Shown here piece after piece: positions 23,601 through 35,600 of a stretch of 64,000 bases of DNA (its first letter is position 1; each line of letters starts with the position of its first letter). Origin of the DNA: a virus. The stretch is taken from the IMG/VR virus record IMGVR_UViG_3300045988_101878, positions 1 through 64,000 of that record. One strand, given 5' to 3'. The notes below the pieces were generated by a model. It was given only the letters and a program-made list of their open reading frames with translations, did no database searches and was not told the origin of the DNA. The position numbers and the translations under genes are program-made.

Positions 23601-26600
23601 GAGAAATGGACTTCGTGAGCGTTAAGGACGTGAAACTGGAGCGCACTGTGGCAAGCGAGGAGTATGCAAAGGAATACCAGGAACTGTTGGAGGTTAAGAA
23701 CTCTGAGGTGTATGCTCAGAATGAGCAGCAAAAGCAGATGGAGAATGCGGCAGGTGGTGTGACACCTGAAGGTGGAAAGCCGGAACAGCCGATAACAGAG
23801 CAGGGCAACGCAGAGACTACCGTGCAGACTGGCGAGGCAAACAAGCCTGTGCGTACATTTGCCGATGGCTCACCTGTGCCCATGACAAAGGATTCGAAGG
23901 GTCGCGAGACTGCTGCCTACTCGATGATGACTCCAGAGCAGGGAGCCGAGTGGATAGAAAAGACATTCGGAGAGGATGCTGAGGCTGTGGCAGACGGTAA
24001 GATTGAGCGAGCCAAGAAGGATTTGAGCAAAGCCGAGAAGATGGATATAGACATGACCGCTGACGATGCGGACGTACTGGAGGCTAAGACCAAGAAGAAG
24101 GCTGCTATTGAAGCTGCCCAAAAGGAGCTTGAGCTTTACACCAACATCAAGATGGCGATGGTGGAGAAGAAGGTGAAGGCTACGATGGAGAAAGAAAATA
24201 CTGTAGGTGAGGTAGATAGTGCAAGTCGTGTTAGTGACGCCGTGCGCGAGAAGTTCGAGAAATCAAAGAAGATTCCCGGACGACGTGGTTCTATCACTCT
24301 TCCTGATGGAACTAAGATAACTGGTCAATACTTTTATGGCGAGGTTTCAGGACTTACACCTTCGCACGATCCGTTTAATGACTTTAAGCAGAACGAGGGA
24401 TTCCCAGTTAATGAAGACGGCTCTTCCTCAAACTCACGTTCTTACAAAGACAAGGAGTCGCGTCTGTTTACAGAGAAAATTGGCAGAGACTTTGGCGGGC
24501 AAGCACTAAAGAATGTGCCAGTTGTGCAGGATGGTATTCTGTTAAGCGGAAATGGCACGACTATGGGTAAACAACTTGCGGAACGCTATGGTACTGACGG
24601 CAAGTATTATGAGAGCCTAAGTGAAAACGCAGAAGGCTTCGGCTGGACTCCAAAGCAAATTGAAGAGGCAGGCTTTAAGGGTACTGTATATTTTGTACCC
24701 GACAAAAAGATGCCACTTACAAGTAAGACATTTGACCTTTTCAACAAGCAAGAGACAAAGAGCATTGGCAATACAGAGCAGTCGGTAAAGAATGCCAAGG
24801 TGTTAGACACGGACGAGATTAGTGCCATCGTGTCGGAGATAGAAGGAAGTGGCAGTCTTGACGCATTCTTTAACAATCCTACTGCAATAAACTCGTTGCT
24901 AAAGCGTTTAATTGATAAGGGCGTTATTGGCTTGAACGAGGTAGCCGGATTGCGCGAGGGCGAGAACAAACTTTCGGCTTCGGGCAAGGACTTTGTGAGA
25001 AACCTGCTGTTGGGCAGCGTGTTCTCGGAGGACACTATCAGAATGATGGGTGCAGACGCAGGTTTGAAGTCGAAGGCTCTGAATGGTATACGTGCCGTGC
25101 TTGACAATATGAAGCTTGGCGACTATGCCCTTAGAGGCGAGATTGACAAGGCTGTGCAGTTGGTATATGAGGCACGTCAGCAAGGTGGCGACGTGGATGC
25201 TTATTTGCGCACTCCTGCCATGTTCGGAGAAAATGCGGCAGATAGATACGACCCAATATCACAGGCTATAGCTCTTGCGCTTGACGGCAAGGCTGAGGAC
25301 TTCCGCGATTTGATGATGGCATACAACCGCAATGCGGCACATTATGCCGATGCTAATCAGTTGGACGTGTTCGGCGACCGACCTACAAAGGAGGAGTTCA
25401 TTAACGAATTTTTGAAACTTAGAAACTGGAAGAACTATGAAACAAGACGTTCAGAAAATGAAGGAAATGGCGATGTTGGCGGCACTCAAGGAAGTGAACC
25501 AGAAACGTCAGGAGGAAATGAACAGACAGAAGGAGAAGGAGTAACGCCTACTGGTGCAGGCGCGGGTTCGCCTATGGACCCAGACAGATTTGACCGAGCT
25601 GTTGAGCAGCTAAAGACTGCCAAGGGTGAGGAGCGTGAACGTATACTCGACCAAATGGAAGAGTATGTGAATGAGTTTGCCGAGAGCAATGGATATGACA
25701 AGCCAGTTGTGCTGAGAACAAAGAAGGACTTGGCGGATGCGGCGAAAGACCCAGACGACAAATTCGCAATAGAAAATATGCCAGATGATGCCCATAATCC
25801 TGGTTATTATGAGGATGGGAAAATCCATATATATCTTGAAGGCAGTAGAGGTTCTAAAGAGTTGCGCGAGACATTTGAGCACGAGTCGGTTCATGCTGAC
25901 AATGATGCAGACCCTTCAAGAGTGGAAATGCTCATTTCTTCCGTAAACGAGACTGGCGAGATAACATTTGAAGAATTAGAAAAAGTTGTTGAGACTTTAT
26001 CTAACTCAGACCGTTATTCATACCTTGCAGAAAAGCTGGATTACAACGATGGATTGCGCATGTTGGCAGATGAAGCCTTAGCGCACCTTGTTGCACATGC
26101 TTATAAAAATGGTATAGATGCGATGTCGGATATAACTAAGAATTCTACATTACTCTATATAGCAAAAAAATCATTTAAATTTAGAGAAAATGAAAGACAG
26201 CGACAAGAACGAGAATCAATTAGTGGAAGTACTGAGCAACAGCGGAAGAAAGTCGATGTTCAGCCTACACAAGAGCACAGTGGAACTGTGGGAGAAAATA
26301 ATGAAGGAAAATCCGGAGTTGTCACAGATGCAAGCATTGGGACAGGCATTCGTGATAATGAAGGAGAAGGAGAAACAATAAATGACAGAAGAAGAAAAGA
26401 AGGACTTGCAAAGAGTGGAGATAAGACACTCGAGCGGAAGAATCTCGATGATGTATCTACCGAAGAAAACGGTGGAGCATTGGAGGGAGATAAGGAAGGC
26501 AAACCCGAAAATGACAATGGAGGAAGCCCTGATAGAGACATTCAAGCAGGAGAAGAACAGCGAGAAGTAGAAGAAAAAGCAATATTTGAACAGAGAAAGG

Positions 26601-29600
26601 CTGAATATCTTAAAGCCTTGAAGGAAGGTAAGACTGGCAAAGAACTTGAAAATGCGAAATTGCATTACAAGTTTTCTTTCTTGGACTACCAAAATATAAT
26701 GGGCGTAACTGACGCTGAGTCGCTTGAAAAATTATGGAAGAGGGAGCTTGAATCGGCAAAGGATTCTAATGGTATTGGAAGTGAAGAGGCTCTTGCCATT
26801 CTTCCTAAGAAGGAAGAGAAAACGTTTGATCCGATTGGTAAGGCTGCGGAGAACTACAAGAAAGACCATCCTTTGACAGATGAGGAGATTAGGAGTAGCG
26901 ATGTGGACGACATTGCAAAGGATATGGCTGTAGATTATCTGAATGGCGAGGTGACGGATGATTTGCATCGTGCCGTTTATGAGAGCATCTATGAAAAGGT
27001 GAAGGATGCGAAGATGAAAAACGCCACTAAGCAAGCGGATAATAAAACAGAAACTACCGAAACTCCTAATGTGGAAGCCTCAGCAAGCCCTATTGAGGGA
27101 ATGAAGAATGCTGCCGAGAAGTTTGCTAAAGAGAAAGAGGCTGCTGTAGAAGCTATGGGCGAAGTGAAGAAGCCTCAGCAAAAGGCTGACGATGCAGCTG
27201 TGGAAGCGTCGAACAAGAAGGTTAACGACCTTTGGAACGACTTGCTGAAAGCAGGCAGAGAGGATTTGTCGGCATCATTCATCGGACTTAACGCAAGACA
27301 GCTTGAAGTGCTGCCTAAACTTGTGAGTGCAATGGCAGAGAACGCTTACCTAAGAATAAAGAGAGGTATGCACAATCTTGAAGACGTGGTAAAAGAAATG
27401 CGCAAGGAGTTTGCTCCAGCAGCCCAGGTGTTCAAGAAGGAAGATGTGGATGCCATCTACGAGCAGATGATGAACATTCGCTATCGTGACGGCGAACAAC
27501 GCATGAGCTTGAAGGAATGGGCAGACTACTACGAGAAGATTTCACCTAAGCACAAGGAGGAACTTGTGGGCGACTCCAAGGAGGCAGAAGAGAGAAAGAT
27601 ACGCGAGAAGAAATTTATAGACAAAGTGAACCTTCGTCTTGGTTTCGGACAGAAGATTAACGGCATCGTAGAGCTGAGAAAGATGGCAGAGGAATGTGGA
27701 CTGAAAGACGTGAAGGACACGGACTTGCAGGAACTTGCCGAGACAGCCATCGTACAGAGAGCGAGAGGTATCGCTTCTTCGGAGTCAACCAATAATACCG
27801 AGAAGTTCAAACGTATAAAGAAACTCTACGAGAATCAGCCGAGCCTTAATCAGCGTGACTCAGAGAGAGTGATGAAGCAGCAGTATTCCACACCTGCTCC
27901 TTACGCATTCCTTGCAGACATGTATGTGAAGGCAGGAATTGAAGTAAAGAGCGCATTGGAGCCAAGTGCCGGAAACGGAATGCTGACAATAGGCTTGCCT
28001 AAGGATGCGGTACATGTGAACGACATCGACGCACAGCGACTTGCCAACTTGCAGAGACAAGGCTTCAAGAACGTAACAAGCCAAGACGGAACACAGCCGT
28101 TTGCGGACAAGGACGTGGACGTGGTTGTGACAAACCCACCATTTGGAAGTGCCACACCAAGGGATTATGACGGTTATACTATCTCTTCATTGGAGGGACA
28201 GATGGCTATCAATGCCTTGGAGAGCATGAAAGACAACGGTCGTGCAGCCATCATCATCGGCGGCAAGACGGAATACGCCAAGAACGGAAGTCTGAATCCA
28301 AAGGATAAGGCTTTCCTTGGTTATCTCTACAGCCACTATAATGTGGAGGACGTGATAAACGTGGATGGAAGCCTGTACGCAAAACAGGGCACAACATACC
28401 CGACACGCATTATATTGATTAACGGACGACGCTTTGACGAGAATGCCTATCCGCCAGTTAAGGACAAGGCAAGAGCGGAAGCCGTGAAGAGTTATGACGA
28501 ACTTTATAAAAGAATAAACGATGATATACTACGAAGTGGAAGGATGGATTCTCCCGTCGGAGAAGGAGGAGAAGATGCTAACGCAAAACCTAATAGACCG
28601 AGCGTTGCTGACGCTAATGAAGAGGGAGTACGAGCAGGAGGAAACGGAGGAGGCGAACAAAAGCCTTCAGTTCGTACTGGAGGAGTACATGACAAGACTG
28701 CCGAACCAGTTTCCGACAATGTATTGGGGACAGAAGGAGGAACCAAGCCAGGAGAAAATGGAGGACTTCCTGATGGAGCTATTGGAGCAAACGGAGCAGG
28801 GACAGAGCCTACTTCAAGCAAGGAACCAACCACTGGAACCAACAAGCAGCGAGGAAATGAACCAGGAGGAAATGGACGACCTAACACTCAGCCAAATGCT
28901 GATGAAACTACCGATGCCGGGAACGGAGGGAGACCACGGGGACAACTGGAGCGGGTGGACAAACCCGTACGTGGACTAAGTGCCGAAAAGGTTGCTTATA
29001 CGCCAAGAAGTGAAAACCCGTTCACTCTTAAAGCTGTTATGCCTGCCGACCAACAAGAGGCAGTTAATAAGAACCTCGAAAAACTGGGTGATGCAGACCA
29101 ATTCTTGGTTGACGAACTGGGCTACAACGATAAAGCAGACCTATACGCACATCTTGCAGCAGAGCAAGTAGACTCAGTAGCTCTCGCTTTGCAACAGGCA
29201 AAGAAAGGCAATGCCTTTATCATCGGTGATATGACAGGTATTGGCAAGGGTAGACAGGCAGCTTCGCTTATCAGATACGCCAAGAACCAAGGACAAGTGC
29301 CAGTATACTTCACAAAGACAGCAGGTTTGCTGAGTGACGTATATCGTGACTTGGTAGACATAGGTAGCAAAGAATTGAGACCGTTTGTATTTGGAAGCGC
29401 AAAAGAAGCTGCCATTACAGACGCTGACGGAAACGTAGTATTTGCACTACCTTCGAAGAATGAAGTGAAGCGCGTGCTTGACTATATAGAAAAGAACGGA
29501 GAACTACCAAAGGAGTATGATTACGTTCTGACGACATACAGCCAAGTAAGCAACGGCGTATATGAGTTTGACGAGAATGGCAATCGTAAGGAAAGGAAAT

Positions 29601-32600
29601 TAGCCAAAGGCAAAAAGTTTGGTGCAGCAGCAATCAGCGGACAAGCCCGACGTGACGCTATAGAAAAGCTCATGAAGAACGGCTATCTGATATTGGACGA
29701 GAGCCATACAGCAGGAGGTGACAGCGGTCAAGGCAACTACTTCCAGCACATCATTCAGAAGGCAAAGAACGTGACCTTCTTCTCTGCAACCTTCGCAAAG
29801 CGTCCCGACAACATGCCAATCTACGCGCTAAGAACGGCAATGAACCAGGGAGGAATGAAAGCATCCGACTTGATAGACGCCGTGAAGCGTGGAGGAGCCA
29901 CACTACAGGAAATCATGAGTCAGGCGCTGACCCAATGCGGACAGATGATACGTCGCGAGCGAGACATGACAGGCGTGACTATTGACTGGAAAGCCATTGA
30001 CGACCCCGAAGTTGTTGCCGAACAGCGCGAGCAGTATGACAGCATCATCGGTCTGTTCAACGACATCATCAACTTCCAAAGAACCTATGTAAGCGCATAC
30101 GTAGACAGACGTAATGAAGAACTTGCAGAGGTGCAGTCGTCGATGGGCATAAAGCGTGGCACAGAAGCCTTGGGAATAAAGAACCAACCGTTTGCAAGCA
30201 AGGCATTCAATACTGTGCAACAAGTGCTTCTCTCGCTTAAAGCAAAGTCGGCAGCAGAAAGAGCTATTGACTACTTGAAGCAAGGCATGAAGCCTGTGAT
30301 AGCATTGAACAATACCAACGAGTCGCAGACGGGTAACCTTGCGCTTGGCGAAGAAATGGACGCTCCCGACTTGGGCACATCACTAAAGAAAGGACTTGAA
30401 GGTACGCTTCGCTATACGAGCAAGAACGCTAAGGACGAAAGCGAAAGCGGATATATTAATCTGAAAGACTTGGGTGCAGATGCCGTTGAGGCATACCATG
30501 CTCTTGAAGAAAAGATAAGAAAGACAAGTACCGGACTATCGCTCTCGCCTATCGACGTTATTAAGAACGAACTGACAAAGGCAGGGTATAAGGTAGGCGA
30601 GTTGACTGGTAGACAGACAGAGTTTGTGTATAACGAGAACGGCACGGTAACGAAGGTGAAGCGTGCGGACACAGACAAGAAGAAACTTGCGAGAGAGTTT
30701 AACGACGGACAGATAGACGCGCTAATCTTGAACAAGAGTGCGGCAACTGGTATATCACTCCATGCTTCAAGCAAATATGCCGACCAGAGAAAACGAGTTA
30801 TGATTGTTGCCCAGCAGCAGCTTGACGTGAACGATGAGGTGCAGATGCGTGGACGTATAGACAGAACGGGACAGGTGGCAAGAGGCGCATACGAATACGT
30901 TGTGTCGCTTATCCCGGCAGAGCAGCGACTGTTGATGATGTTCAAGGCAAAGCTGAAATCATTGGACGCAAACACCACTTCTTCACAGAAGAGCAAGTTC
31001 AATGAAATGGAAGTAGCCGACATTACCAATAAGTACGGAGACAAGGTGGTGAAGGAATACATGGCAGAACACCTTGACTTGTATGCACGTATGGCAGACC
31101 CATTCGGATGGGAGAAATCTTATGGAGCAGACTTATCAACAGTAGACCCACAAAAGTTGGTTTCTTCTTCTGACGGCATGAATAGTGAGGCTGGAGGCGA
31201 CGCTAACAAGTTGCTTGGCCGTATGGCTTTGCTGAAAGTGAAAGAGCAAGAGAAGATGTTGCAAGAGATAGGCGACCTTTATGCAGCCGAGATACAACGT
31301 CTGAACGAAATGGGCGAAAACGACTTGGAGATAACAGAGTTGCCTTTGAAAGCTAAGACCTTAGACAGGATTATTTGGAAGGAAGGTACAGAACCAGGCG
31401 GCGACAATGCCTTTGCCGACAATACTTATATAGAGAAGGTGAATATGGCTGTACTGAAAAAGCCGATGAAAGCGGAGGAGGTAAAGAAAGCTCAGGACGG
31501 ACTCACGGGCGGCAAGTCGTGGGACGAATACCGCAAGGAGAAGCTAACCGCTGCAAAAGAATACTTTGACAAGAAGATAGCCGAAGCTACTCAGAAATAC
31601 GAGGAGCGTGCCGTTAAGGCTGCAACAAAGGTAAAGGAGAAGTATATCAAGGAAGCAAAGAAGGGTCAGAAAGAAACTGGCGTGAGCGACGAGCAGATTG
31701 AAAAGACTGCTGGCTATCAGTACGAAAACGCCTATAACGATGAGAAGACTAAGCTTGACGAAGTGGTGAAGAACCTCAAAGCGAAGTATGGCGTATTTGA
31801 GCGTGCGCTTGAAACATTCAACACAGAAGACGCATTTGTACTGCCAACAGACATGAACAATCCCGCTGAGTTGAGCGGATTCGGCAACAGCTATGGCAGA
31901 CTGATAGACATAAAGATAACTGACAACTTCTCGCCAAACGCCTCAACAATATCGTTCGCCACATTGGACGGACGAAGAAAGATAACATTCCCTATAAACG
32001 GAAAAGCAGGACTCGGAATCGACAAGGTTGATGTTATAGAAATTATTGACAGGCAGACAAGGCAGGCATCGTCGTTGGGTGACAAGAATCTACGTGTATT
32101 GAGTATGGATGCCTCCAACTGGGACAAGCTGACAAGCAACGAGAGCCGTAAGGACGGATATATCATTACCGGAAACTTGCTGCAAGGCTTGATTGACACC
32201 AAGGCAGAGTTCTTGGGTGCTCAGTTAGTGAAATATACAACAGATACAGGTGAAGTCAAAACTGGTATTTTGTTATCTGGTAATGTAAAACTGAAAAACC
32301 TTGCCAACGAGAAGCCTATTAATAGCGTAGCTGAAAAATTTGAATTGCCATCTAACAAGGGTGGCATAACAGAGGTGACATCTTCGGACGGAGACGTGAA
32401 GATAGAGCAAAGTTCAGTTTACACAAGAGAGGAATCTAACTATAACATCCGTGTTCCAAAGAGTAACAAAAAGGGAGGCAAGTATTTCCTTGATAAAGAG
32501 CTGCTGCAAATGGTTGTTGGCGGTAACTTTGAGACAAGAGGAAACACGATGTTTGCCCAGATAAAGACTGGAAAGCTAAAGGATGTACTTGACAGACTTT

Positions 32601-35600
32601 CGGAGCTTGGCGTAAAGGTAAAGGAAGAAAGCAAGGTGCATTACCGCATGGAGCTTGGCAACACCTTCTCAGACAGCAAGGAACACTTTGACGCTGTGAG
32701 AGACAGAGCTGTGGAGGAGAAAGGAATCGTTATGCCTAATCTGAATAAGGAGAAGGTGAAGGTGGTAGAGGTTGAGAAATCTCCCTTTGGTGACAATATT
32801 GAAACTTCTTTAAAAAATGCCAGAGAATGGGCAAAAGAAAACCTTGTAACAACGGGAAAGACAGAAATGCCTATTATGCGCGATGGTACATCTTATACAA
32901 TCAGCAAAAGGGCTGTTGAAAAATATCTTTCAGAAAGTGCTGTTCGTAAAAGTGAGAATCTTGACATTCATCTTTCGGTACTTCCCAAACTTACAGATGT
33001 TGTCCATGAGAGCATTGAAGCAGAGATACACCCGGATTACAAAAAGGGTGAAGACGGAATACGTGGTATTGAGAATGGATATGGTGAAGGTATTTTAGTA
33101 CATAGACTTTATGGCGCAGTAGAACTGGACGGTAAGATGTATCGTGTTAAGACTACTATGCAAGAGTTCAGAGGTGGGGAAGAAAACAAACCTCATAGCT
33201 ATGAGGTAACAAAAATAGAGCTGCTTGACTCCCCTGGAAAGCGAGAAAATCCCGACAGACCACCTTTGGTTTCATCAAACAACTCTAAAAATATAACGTC
33301 GGAAGGTTCCGAGAAAGCGAACGAATCCGACAGTCTCCCTTTGAACAGTGCAACCAACGGTTATATTTCAACTGCAAAGTTACTGCAAGGAGTTGAGAAA
33401 TCCTACGATTCGGGCAAGAAATTGCTTGATGAGAGTAAAGATTTAACAGATGGGGAGACTTTCTTTAGAAAAGAAGGCGATGGTGTTGTAACACCTGAGA
33501 AGACTTCGAATGCTATGAGCGAGCGTATCATCAAGACCGTTGAGAAGGTTGCCAAGAGAACTGGAGGCAAGGTGAAGATGGTGAACTCGGTTGAGGAGAT
33601 TGAGAACCCGAAGGTGCGCAAGGACATAGAGAACGGCAAGCAGGTGACTGGCTGGTATGACGAGAAGACGGGCGAGGTGCATCTGTATATGCCGAACATC
33701 CATGACACGTATACCGCGGAGAAAACCGTTTGGCACGAGACTGTAGGACACAAGGGCATGAGAGGTTTGCTTGGAGATAAGTTTGACTCCTACATGAGAG
33801 ACCTTTGGATGGACTTGGACAACCCTATCAATGCTGAGCTGAGAGCTTATGTGAAGGAAAAAATGAACATGAATCACCTTGGATTCTATGACGCTATTGA
33901 GGAGTTTATCGCCAAGAGCGCAGAGGACGGAAAGGGTGAGCCTGGCTTCTGGAACTACATTAAGAATAAGGTAACAGATGCCCTGCATGAGATAGGCTAC
34001 AGAGTTTCGCCTAACGTGAAGGACGTGAAGTATATGCTGTGGCTGGCGAAGAACGTGCAGAAGCATGGAGACAGTCCGCTGTGGAAGCTGAGAGCTGAGG
34101 CTGTGAGGTGGAAGATAGAGCATGAGAAGACGGAGTACACGAAGATTGAGGGCGGCGAGCTGTATGACAACGACGGCAAGAGCCATGACTTCGAGAGCAT
34201 GAGCCGCGAGGAATGGCTGGAGGCAACGGACGGAGAGATACACTACCGCACGACTCCAAGCGCTGCTACCGCTTTGGACAGATACCATCATGCCCTGGAC
34301 CGTCATAGCTATATGGCTACGGAGGCTTTCATGGACAATATGCTCTCGTTGAAGAAACTCATGGAGGCTATTGATCCATCTATCAGAAAGATAGAAGATG
34401 TGGCAAGCTCGATGAACCCATATCTGATGCAGAATATCACGGAGGGCAAGATGAGCGACAAATCCAAGCTCTTCGAAATACGCTATATGGACCCGCTTAG
34501 CAAGGCTATGTCGAGCGTGTTGGACAGCTTCGATGGCAAGAAGGTGGAGGACAGAATAAGGAACTTCAATCTGTATATGATTAGAAAGCATGGATTGGAG
34601 AGAAACCGTGTGCTGTTCGTGAGAGACAAGATAAGGGAAGAACGAAAAGTGAAGAGTGAAGAATCCAATAGTATTGATGCTTTGGAGACTGCTTGGAAGG
34701 GCGAAAAATACGACCTTAGAAAGAAGCTTGACTCGGGACAGATAGACTTGAAGGAGTACTACCGTCAGATGGACGAGTGGATTGTAACGAACTTGGACAA
34801 GGACTTTAAGGCTGAGGAGCATGACTATTCGGGTATGCACGGCTTGCAGGGTATTGCAGACAAGAAAGCAGCTTATGATGATGCCGGAGCTATTGACGAG
34901 GTAATGAGCCAGGAGGCGAGCATGGAAAGCATGAAGAAAGGCTCAGTTGCCGACTTCTGGAAGAAGGTGAAGGCAGCTACTGATTATTCTGTAAATTCGG
35001 ACTATGAGAGTGGACTGATAAGTCAAATTACACACGACGGAGTGTTGGGCATGTTTGACTGGTATGTACCGTTGAGAAAGTTTGACGAGGCTACCGCTGA
35101 GGACGTATACGGATATGTGACAGAAATGGGCGACCCAAGCAACTATATCGGCACGACGCTGATGAACGCCAAGGGACGAAAGAGCCTGAGCAATGTGGAG
35201 ATATTGGCACAGATTGGCTTAATGGGCAACCGTGCGATAAGAAACGGAGGTCAGAACACTATAAAGCAAGCCTTTGCGCGATTCGTGAGAAACAGCGGAG
35301 AGCAGAATCTTGTGAAGGAGACAAAGGTTTGGGTAGAAAAAATAGGCACAGACAGAAACGGTAACGACATTTGGGAGGAGGCTTATCCGAAGATTCCCGA
35401 AGGAGCCGAAGCTGATGAAGTTGCAGAAATTGTGGATGCCTTTGAAACGGACATGAGGGCCAAGCAAGCTAAGGGCGAGGCAAAGAGTCTGAGCAACAGC
35501 ACGGACATCGGCTTCAAGTTCCAAAGAGCGAAGGACAAGAGCCAACACTTTGTGGACGTGAAGATAGCAGGAAGAACACACAGATTTGTGGTGCTTGGCA

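Noticed and set aside
28980-29171. A +1-frame ORF (63 aa) directly following the acidic +1 ORF inside the giant gene.
   Set aside because: The product is basic, low in complexity (LLIRQEVKTRSLLKLLCLPTNKRQLIRTSK...) and overlaps the well-folded start of the helicase domain in the main frame. Probably a chance ORF.
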